This document shows, piece by piece, positions 38,086-44,961 of a DNA stretch of 51,053 nucleotides. Position 1 is the stretch's first letter, and every line of letters begins with the position of its first letter. The stretch covers positions 1 through 51,053 of IMG/VR virus record IMGVR_UViG_3300017778_004680. The stretch is one strand, 5' to 3'. The notes under the pieces are model-generated. The model was not told the DNA's origin and did no database searches. It worked only from the letters and a program-made list of their open reading frames with translations. The DNA comes from a virus (taxonomy: Duplodnaviria > Caudoviricetes). The translations under genes and the position numbers were made by a program.

Positions 38086-38515
38086 GGCAAGCACAAGCCA
38101 ATATCGTGTGCCCTATACCTGGATCTCGGATCACAGGGATGGAAGTCTTGCCGCGCTAGCAAGCACTCAGCAACTATCCTTGACAGGACGACGATCGCAA
38201 ATTGCCGCGATTTTGCTGTTTGAAAAGAATTTAAAAGGCTAAAAAGATGTAGCAGTGATGCTACACCTTATACTACCCAGTTAGCGTTGAGTGGTATAAA
38301 TGCCGTTGTGATAAGAACTGAGCTCGAGGTACCGGACAACCGCCTCTGTAATCGCTCTAACGCTAGTGACTGTGCTACTCAGATGATGCCTAGCATTTCA
38401 TTTTTGCCCTGTGCGGGCAAAGTGTGACTGATTAATCTAGATGATACTGAGTATCGCTCTGCTCTACAAAATATTGATGAGCGCAAGCGAATCAATAGAT
38501 GTGCATTGCACATCT
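38086..38515. ncRNA. Candidate large structured non-coding element (RNA or ssDNA structure), family unassigned
   Basis: No ORF of 60 aa or more in ~450 nt; about ten stems, e.g. CAGCAA/TTGCTG enclosing two hairpins, TGTAGCA-GTGA-TGCTACA, TTATACTAC/GTGGTATAA, TTTGCCC/GGGCAAA, AGATGTGC-ATT-GCACATCT. G-U pairs and a GNRA loop favour the + strand. Confidence 0.6.
38366..38445 (+). repeat. Bipartite direct repeat GTGACTG-N8-AGATGAT x2
   Basis: 38366-38387 and 38424-38445, 58-bp period, flanking a GC-rich hairpin. Confidence 0.7.
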
Positions 38516-39546
38516 CAGCTAATTGGATGTATGTTTGGCTCTAACAACTCGTGTAGTTGTTGTGTGTTGTTGGGAAACTTTGATAATTGCCAATTTTTAA
38601 TATTGAGATTGTGTTGATAAATCAAGCAATGCTGTATCACGGCTTCTTGATATAATGATAAATCGGGCAATTGATAATACCAGTTGTTGACTATGGCATT
38701 GACAATGTGGTCCAATGATTCCATAAAAATTAAATTGTCATTTAAATTTTCTTGCCATTGTGCATACACTAGTTTCCATTGTTCAAATCGATTCCGATCC
38801 AAACTTAACTCCAGGTAATCTAACACTTGTGGCAACAGTTTTTGTCCGCTAGTCCAAAGAGACCTACTATCAATCCACATGTGTTTGTTTTTAAACCCGT
38901 TAACATTGTTGGTGTGACTGAGATCAAAAGGTCTAATGTTTAACGCTATGATTTCTCTTTGATCCCAGATATTGTGTGCGCTGGAATCAGGGTGCCCAAA
39001 AAATAATTCATATGATTCGTATTGCAGTTCACTTGGGTTAGTGAGCTTTTGATTTTTCCATGCAAAACGATCTTGACCCCGCGGGGTTATTAAAAACATC
39101 ACGCATGCCGGATCCAATGCAACATATATCACTGGCAAGTTTTGATCAAAAAATAAGTCAATTGTTTCTTGATATCCTTGATACTGTAAATCTAAAATCT
39201 TTTTTAACAGTTTAGAATCTGATGATGCATCATCTGCCTTTACGTTTAACTGATTGCAAATGTCATATAATCTGGGTGGTCCAGGATATAACGAAGTAAT
39301 TGAACAACTATCTTGTTTTAATAGTTCATTAATGGCCTTGGCTACAACATCAACATTATGCGGATGATTTTTTTGATATTCGTGTGCGTTGACAGCAGTC
39401 AACGGATTATCGGGTAACTGTAGTTTACAACGTTGATTGACGTGGTAGTAGTAATTCTGCCCAGAAAGATACAATATGCTCCAATCCAAAAATGTACATC
39501 CAATGTCAAACATTGATGTCACACAGTATATTTTAGATTTGGTCAT
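38515..39546 (-). CDS. Hypothetical protein, paralog-like of 29230-30150
   Basis: IGCTFLDWSILYL and C-terminal LSLYQEAVIQHCL..QLSKFPNNTQQL; start placed at ATG 39546. Confidence 0.6.
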   Translation of the reverse strand: MTKSKIYCVTSMFDIGCTFLDWSILYLSGQNYYYHVNQRCKLQLPDNPLTAVNAHEYQKNHPHNVDVVAKAINELLKQDSCSITSLYPGPPRLYDICNQLNVKADDASSDSKLLKKILDLQYQGYQETIDLFFDQNLPVIYVALDPACVMFLITPRGQDRFAWKNQKLTNPSELQYESYELFFGHPDSSAHNIWDQREIIALNIRPFDLSHTNNVNGFKNKHMWIDSRSLWTSGQKLLPQVLDYLELSLDRNRFEQWKLVYAQWQENLNDNLIFMESLDHIVNAIVNNWYYQLPDLSLYQEAVIQHCLIYQHNLNIKNWQLSKFPNNTQQLHELLEPNIHPIS

Positions 39547-39880
39547 AAATTTGGTCAGGCCAGTCTCTAAAGAGTGCATGTTGAATGGTACCGCTTACAA
39601 ATTGATTAAATGATTTGTGTTTGGCTTCTAGTTCACCAGCAAGTGGTGCTACTCGTTTAAATGCTAAGTCCATTTGAGCCATGTCACGGAATTCCATGAG
39701 TATCATCCATTCAGGCATGGCAGCAATACTACGGAACCCCATCTTGCATCTAGTGATGCGATAGTCTTCCATCTTGCCTTCTGATTTTAAATGGTCAAAG
39801 AACGACTTCATTCCATTAACCCAGTCCAAGTCTGAGATGTCACCTTCTTTGTCTGCCCAAATTGTGTAAATGTCTGCCAT
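39533..39880 (-). CDS. Small hypothetical protein, probable dimeric alpha-beta barrel fold
   Basis: 115 aa; alternating strand/helix pattern (EWMILMEFRDMAQMDLAF); tightly packed in the operon. Confidence 0.6.
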   Translation of the reverse strand: MADIYTIWADKEGDISDLDWVNGMKSFFDHLKSEGKMEDYRITRCKMGFRSIAAMPEWMILMEFRDMAQMDLAFKRVAPLAGELEAKHKSFNQFVSGTIQHALFRDWPDQIYDQI

Positions 39881-39881
39881 G

Positions 39882-40313
39882 TTATAGTGGTCCTAGTATT
39901 TCAAAACCTTTGAGGTCTTGTTTGTATAAGTGTGCTTGATCTAGGTACAAGTACTCAAATCCTCGCTCACGATAAATTGCACATTCTGTTTGTAAACTTG
40001 AGATACCTAAACGTAGTCGAGGTTTACGATAGTTCCAAGCAAACTGTGCAGCCAATAAATTTTTGTCATCGTAACGCTTCATCATGGAAAATGCTACCAA
40101 TTCACCATTGTCTCTGTAACCAATAAGATCCATGTTAGGCTCAGTGAATTGGCTATCAAATAACGGCATTACGCTGCCAAAATGTTTGTAGATACAGTAT
40201 GTTCGATAGATATCCTGCAACACAGGTATATCGGGGGTGGTGATATAAAACCAATCCACAGTAGGTTGATATGTTGTTTTTTTCAAATTGATTCTAGCAA
40301 ACTGGTAAGTCAT
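39882..40313 (-). CDS. GNAT-fold protein resembling the C-terminal domain of aminoacyl-tRNA-protein transferase (ATE1/Bpt)
   Basis: YRDNGELVAFS..FAWNYRKPRLRLGISSLQTECAIYRERGFEYLYL resembles the ATE_C pattern Y..dgkLvAv..fydp....slG..s.l.ei..ar..g..ylYLG; ATG 40313 coupled via ATGA. Confidence 0.55.
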   Translation of the reverse strand: MTYQFARINLKKTTYQPTVDWFYITTPDIPVLQDIYRTYCIYKHFGSVMPLFDSQFTEPNMDLIGYRDNGELVAFSMMKRYDDKNLLAAQFAWNYRKPRLRLGISSLQTECAIYRERGFEYLYLDQAHLYKQDLKGFEILGPL

Positions 40314-40813
40314 ACTCGTGGGTCTTTTCTGTGCTGAAACAACGCTGTAAGATAGTCTTCTGGCCATGAATCATAAAATCTTTTGCTGGCCATTAGTTTG
40401 GCTTTGCTATTGAGATCGCTTAGACTTTGTACCAGTGCCAATGCATACATGCCTTGATTCATACAAACACCATTTACTATTTCTACATTGTCTGGGTGAT
40501 CTTCTAGAGCTAGTATGTCCGCTCTGAGTAAAAATTCTTGATTGGCCTGATCTAAACTACTAGCAAACAAGTCACGTGGCCAGTCTTGAGGATTGTATGC
40601 ATACACAACAACTTCCTTGTTGCCCATGCCGTAACGTGCTCGATTCTTGAGATCAAAATAAGGATCTGATCCAATAAACACATCGTAACTGTTTTTTAGT
40701 CGTGCTGACCTTGCATAAGGACAAGGTGGAAACCCACCCAAGGACGGATGCGGAACTTCCACAAAGTTCACGATCCAACTCTCAATATCTTGTTTGACTT
40801 TTTGTATGTCCAT
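40310..40813 (-). CDS. Hypothetical protein, DUF1415-like (CPY/FA motif)
   Basis: WIVNFVEVPHPSLGGFPPCPYAR and EDHP motifs; ATG coupled (TAATG) to the upstream ORF. Confidence 0.55.
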   Translation of the reverse strand: MDIQKVKQDIESWIVNFVEVPHPSLGGFPPCPYARSARLKNSYDVFIGSDPYFDLKNRARYGMGNKEVVVYAYNPQDWPRDLFASSLDQANQEFLLRADILALEDHPDNVEIVNGVCMNQGMYALALVQSLSDLNSKAKLMASKRFYDSWPEDYLTALFQHRKDPRV

Positions 40814-40989
40814 TAGAAGAATGGTAATCCAGATTTTTTAGTAGTTTCAAGATTTTCCTTGATGATCATTCCTATCAATTCTCGATCTTTGAAACTCATG
40901 TGCATTGCTTCGCCAAAACTCAAGCCGCCTCGCATGTACCAACACATTTTAAGAGCTTCTGACTTGATGGCATTGGCCTCCTTTTCCAT
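40813..40989 (-). CDS. Small baseplate/tail assembly chaperone, gp51-like (58 aa; absent from ORF track; probably also made as a frameshift fusion)
   Basis: MEKEANAIKSEALKMCWYMRGGLSFGEAMHMSFKDRELIGMIIKENLETTKKSGLPFF*; E..M...R pattern of gp51/gpT-like chaperones; fills the gap and ends in a TAATG overlap. Confidence 0.7.
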   Translation of the reverse strand: MEKEANAIKSEALKMCWYMRGGLSFGEAMHMSFKDRELIGMIIKENLETTKKSGLPFF

Positions 40990-41027
40990 GCGTTCTACTT
41001 CGATCGCAACTTTTTCAGCATCAAGGA

Positions 41028-41864
41028 TTAGGAGGCGACTTCGAAAAAATTTGTCATGTCCAAGGTAAATGCCTGTTGGTATTCATGAGTACATGCAGTG
41101 CATTTCATGGACAACGGTTGCAATTCACCTTGTTGTTTGGTTTCAATAATAAAATTACGAATACGAGAAAATGTAGCACGATCACACTGACCCAACCATT
41201 CGGCAATGTGTTCAATCTCCACAACCTGTGCTTGTGGGGTACGCACCATGGCAATGTTTTGCGCTAGTGCATTGGTAGTAAACTGTGTAATTTTCTTCAG
41301 TGCTTCGCTTAGTTGTTTTACTCTAGTGGCTTCGTCGTTGTCGGTGTCTTCTAGCATTTGTAACAATTTCTGATCTTGAAATTGAGTCATGCTGTTCTCG
41401 TTCATTTGATGATAGCTCATGGGGCGAAAGTAAATTTCAAGATCGCCTAGCTTCATCACTTCTCCGTAGTTGGGAGCCTTGATTTGATCCATGACTACCC
41501 TGAGATCAAGACCAAAATCAGCTTCGTGTTCGCATTTTGGGCACTTGGTAGAAATGTCAAGTTCATGACCATATGTGGCAATTCTAATTGCCACTAACAG
41601 TGTGTCAATGTCCAGGCTGGGCATGTTCCATGCATTTTTAATGTTGGGTACACAGCTCTGAATCACAGACACCACGGCAGAACCATTGAACAGCGCATCA
41701 GGCGTTCGATAAGTTATCTCATCCAGCGTGGTCATGGCCAACACCGGCAACTCACCATTTGGGGTCATTTCTAAAGAGCCCTGTGGATAGAATTTGCCGT
41801 TGCTGGGCAAGCGCACATAAATGGCAGGTTGTCGGAAATATTGTTTTAGGGGGTTTGAATCCAT
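41028..41864 (-). CDS. Baseplate hub assembly chaperone, T4 gp26-like
   Basis: NPLKQYFRQPAIYVRLPS, MTTLDE, DIDTLLVAIRIATYG, CPKC, CTAC, ends TNFF; AAGGA RBS before ATG 41864. Confidence 0.8.
   Translation of the reverse strand: MDSNPLKQYFRQPAIYVRLPSNGKFYPQGSLEMTPNGELPVLAMTTLDEITYRTPDALFNGSAVVSVIQSCVPNIKNAWNMPSLDIDTLLVAIRIATYGHELDISTKCPKCEHEADFGLDLRVVMDQIKAPNYGEVMKLGDLEIYFRPMSYHQMNENSMTQFQDQKLLQMLEDTDNDEATRVKQLSEALKKITQFTTNALAQNIAMVRTPQAQVVEIEHIAEWLGQCDRATFSRIRNFIIETKQQGELQPLSMKCTACTHEYQQAFTLDMTNFFEVAS
41043..41052 (-). promoter_or_regulatory. Putative -1 ribosomal frameshift slippery site (A AAT TTT TTC)
   Basis: Two overlapping X XXY YYZ heptamers 4 codons before the gp26-like stop; -1 frame is open into the gp51-like ORF. 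Confidence 0.6.
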
Positions 41865-41877
41865 GTGATTCCTTTTC

Positions 41878-41905
41878 GGTAAATATACTGTTAGCAATAT
41901 TTATA
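41878..41905. promoter_or_regulatory. Pair of late promoter-like motifs: GGTAAATA (+, 41878-41885) and TATAAATA (-, 41898-41905)
   Basis: Both lie in the 54-bp gap between the divergent gp26-like and tape-measure genes. Confidence 0.6.
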
Positions 41906-41918
41906 GGCATATATTACC

Positions 41919-44900
41919 ATGGCAGATCAAATCGATATTGACGGTTTAGTGTATCAGATGCGGGAGTTAATTCCCACACTGAAAGACTTGTCTTCTACTC
42001 GCACCACCAGCGGCAGCAGTGGTGACCGTGGAAGCGACAAAATTGTCATGGCCATTGCCAAGCTTTCGGCTAAACTGGATGAAAATACCAAAACTAAAAT
42101 CAAAGAAAATCTTGAAATTGCCAAGTTTACCAAGGAAATTGACGACGCAACCGAAGCAACCAAGAAGCTAGCTGAACAACAAGAGGCCGCCGTTAAACAG
42201 CAAAAAGATGCTGCCGATGACAAAAAGAAACAAGACGCAGAGCTAGCCGAAGCACAAAAACGTGCGGCTATGAGTGCAGATGAGCTGGCAAAATACAACA
42301 AAGAACTGGCATTTGGCGCACAAGTAACCGTCGCAAACGATCGTAGAAAAGCACAATCCAGCCAGAAAGAAATAAAATCTGCAAGCGACCTTGTTAACGA
42401 ATACAGCCGCGGAGTTACTGGCACAGCAGCCTTGAGAGAAAAGTTTGACAGTCTTGGCGGCACCAGTGTGGCAGCCAACATGGGCTTTAAATTGCTGTCC
42501 ACAAGTGTTGAATTTTTTGCAAAGAGTCTTGTTGAATACAGCAAAGCCATTTATCAAGGCAAACAAGGTGCCGCAGTTGCCGCCAAGTCGGTTAACACAT
42601 TTGCACAGGGCCTAGGAACAGCGGCACAAGTAATAGGTGGTATTGTTGCACTTATTCCTGGATTTCAGTTACTGGGAATTGGCGCATTTGCAGCCGGCAC
42701 CGGACTCAAAGCAGTAGGTGACTACGCTGAAACAGCGGCCGAGATGAGTGACCGCCTGTTTAGCACCTATCAAGATCTATCCAAAATTGGCGCCAGCTCT
42801 GCAGATGGCATGCGAGGACTGGGCGAATCTGCTGTTCGCTTGGGGTATGGACTTGATGATGTGGGACTCAAGGCATTCTCAGATTTAATATCAAAGTCAT
42901 CTACTGATCTTGCACTGCTGTCAGGCACTGTAATGAAAGGTCGTCAAGACTTTGCAACATTTGGCGAAGACATAACACGTGGTCCTGTGGGACGCAGCCT
43001 AATGAACATGGGCATGAAGGTTGAGGACATCAACGAAGGCCTGGTATCATATCTTGGTTTGCAAGCCCGTGTGGGACAAACGCAAAACAAAACACAAGCG
43101 CAACTGCAAACAGGCGCCGCTGCCTATCTCAAAGAGATGGATGGCTTGACCAAGCTAACTGGTATACAGCGTTCTGAAATGGAACAGTCCATCAACAAGG
43201 CTCGATCTGTTGAACAATTCCGTGCCAAGACCGAAGCCATGCGAGCATCGGGCGATGTGCGACAAATAGCAGCCGCTGATGAGATGGAACGTTACTATGC
43301 TATACTTGCCAAACAAGCACCGGAGCTGGCACAGGGTTATGCTGAGTCAGCATCAGGACTGATTACCAGCCCAGCAGGTGTTAAATTCTTCCAAACAATT
43401 GGCAGTGCAACTGGTGTAGTTGAAGGATTGTCTAGTGGTGTAATGGACGCAACAAAAGCCTATGATGCATCAAACAAAGCAGGTAAAGAATTTGCCACAA
43501 GATTTAACGATTTAGGTCAAGCTGGTGCAATAGCAACGTCAGGATTTGGTAATTTTGTTGAAGCTGCAAATCTTGGTGCTAGAGCCAATCAAGACTTGGC
43601 CAAGAGCGCCAAGGAAATTGAAGAAGCACAAAAGGGACAAAAAGCCGGAGCCGATGGTGTAGTTGGAGCACAAGTTGATCTGCGTCGAGAGCAAATGAAC
43701 ACCAGAGACAACTTGCAAAAACTAGTTGAGATTGGAATTAACCCCACAACCAAGGCCATGAAAGGCTTTGCAGAGTTTGTTGAAAGCATAACAGGTATTC
43801 CGAAAAAAGTAACTGACAATGCGGCGCCTGCAGGTGTGCCAATGTCAACTGGAGGCTTGGTACCAGGTACTGCACAACCCACTGCCACAGGCGCAGGTGC
43901 TGTGCCGTCTGCTACCACTGGCGGCGGAGCCGCAGTTGGTAACCCCAATTTGACAAGACAAGCAGATCGAGCACGTCAATCATCATTGGCTGATAAAATT
44001 ATTCATGCTGAAAGTCGAGGCCAAAATATTGGTAACATCGGCGGCACATCAAGCGCATTTGGTATAGCACAGTTTACCAAAGGCACATTTGAAGGATTGG
44101 CCAGTAAAGCTGGCCCAACGAACCCATTATACGGCAAAACATTTGAAGATTACAAAGTAGACACAACTCTACAACGTGAGGCACTTCGACAACTCATGGA
44201 CCAAAATCGACAGTTTTTAGCACAAAAAGGTCTGCCCACTAGTGACCCTGCTATCTATCTAGCACACTTCTTGGGTGCCAGCGGTGCTAGTCGATTGTTG
44301 GCCATGCCTGAGGATGCGCCTATTGCATCAGCAGTAAGCGAAGCCGCAATGGCATCTAATCCCAATGTGTTTAAAAATATCGAAACAGTGGGTGATTTAA
44401 AAGGTTGGGCAAGCCAAAAAATGGGCGGTGTGGGTTATGCAGCCATGGGGGGTATAGTTCCTGCTCGCCGCGGTGGAACCAGACTTGTTGCCGGCGAAGC
44501 CGGATTAAACGAAGCGTTTGTTCCACTACCAGATGGCAAAACTATTCCAGTTACTGTGAATTTTTCTGAATTGGTATCAAAATCTGGATCAGGTTTTTCT
44601 GATATTAAACAGCAATCTGTAAATTTTGCCGAAGTGCTGTCAAAATCTGGATCAGGTTTTTCTGATATTAAACAGCAATCTGTAAATTTTGCCGAAGTGC
44701 TGTCAAAATCTGGATCGGGATTTGCTGATATTGTACAGCAATTACAATCCACAGTTAACTCTCAAACCAATGTTGACACCATGGCACAGGCATTTCGGAG
44801 TGTGCTAGCTGATGTCATGCAACAACGCGGTCCTGGAGCAAACATAAACGATTCACAGTTGGTTCAGTTAATGAGTGAAATGGTAAGATTGCAAGGCGCA

Positions 44901-44945
44901 AATAATTCTACAGCACAAAGATTGTTGCAAGTATCAACTGCTTAA
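41919..44945 (+). CDS. Tape measure-like protein with lytic transglycosylase (SLT-like) domain
   Basis: Long Ala/Gly/Lys helical region; IIHAESRG..SSAFGIAQF..T, YLAHFLGASGA; GGIV..GEAG.NEAFVPL motif common at tape-measure C-termini. Confidence 0.75.
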   Translation: MADQIDIDGLVYQMRELIPTLKDLSSTRTTSGSSGDRGSDKIVMAIAKLSAKLDENTKTKIKENLEIAKFTKEIDDATEATKKLAEQQEAAVKQQKDAADDKKKQDAELAEAQKRAAMSADELAKYNKELAFGAQVTVANDRRKAQSSQKEIKSASDLVNEYSRGVTGTAALREKFDSLGGTSVAANMGFKLLSTSVEFFAKSLVEYSKAIYQGKQGAAVAAKSVNTFAQGLGTAAQVIGGIVALIPGFQLLGIGAFAAGTGLKAVGDYAETAAEMSDRLFSTYQDLSKIGASSADGMRGLGESAVRLGYGLDDVGLKAFSDLISKSSTDLALLSGTVMKGRQDFATFGEDITRGPVGRSLMNMGMKVEDINEGLVSYLGLQARVGQTQNKTQAQLQTGAAAYLKEMDGLTKLTGIQRSEMEQSINKARSVEQFRAKTEAMRASGDVRQIAAADEMERYYAILAKQAPELAQGYAESASGLITSPAGVKFFQTIGSATGVVEGLSSGVMDATKAYDASNKAGKEFATRFNDLGQAGAIATSGFGNFVEAANLGARANQDLAKSAKEIEEAQKGQKAGADGVVGAQVDLRREQMNTRDNLQKLVEIGINPTTKAMKGFAEFVESITGIPKKVTDNAAPAGVPMSTGGLVPGTAQPTATGAGAVPSATTGGGAAVGNPNLTRQADRARQSSLADKIIHAESRGQNIGNIGGTSSAFGIAQFTKGTFEGLASKAGPTNPLYGKTFEDYKVDTTLQREALRQLMDQNRQFLAQKGLPTSDPAIYLAHFLGASGASRLLAMPEDAPIASAVSEAAMASNPNVFKNIETVGDLKGWASQKMGGVGYAAMGGIVPARRGGTRLVAGEAGLNEAFVPLPDGKTIPVTVNFSELVSKSGSGFSDIKQQSVNFAEVLSKSGSGFSDIKQQSVNFAEVLSKSGSGFADIVQQLQSTVNSQTNVDTMAQAFRSVLADVMQQRGPGANINDSQLVQLMSEMVRLQGANNSTAQRLLQVSTA
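44556..44732 (+). repeat. In-frame 63-bp tandem repeat (~2.8 copies)
   Basis: TCAAAATCTGGATC at 44577, 44640 and 44703; 44577-44639 is identical to 44640-44702; encodes VNFAEVLSKSGSGFSDIKQQS. Confidence 0.95.
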
Positions 44946-44946
44946 C

Positions 44947-44954
44947 TATAAGTA
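44947..44954 (+). promoter_or_regulatory. Late promoter-like motif (TATAAGTA)
   Basis: One mismatch to TATAAATA, 7 nt before the portal ATG, no evident RBS. Confidence 0.45.
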
Positions 44955-44961
44955 TACAACT

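Noticed and set aside
38136-38326. Resemblance to RNase P RNA (GATGGAAGTC vs GAGGAAAGUC; AGAACTGAGCT vs AGAACCCGGCU)
   Set aside because: Matches are loose and I could not build the P4 pairing; needs cmscan
38366-38453. TIGR/box C/D guide array or CRISPR mini-array
   Set aside because: Only two units, boxes imperfect, no Nop-domain or Cas gene in the window; kept only as a repeat finding
38086-38515. Group I/II intron, tRNA, tmRNA or hammerhead
   Set aside because: Does not interrupt a gene; no P7 or domain V consensus, no cloverleaf with a T-loop and CCA, no CUGAUGA/GAAA core in the right geometry
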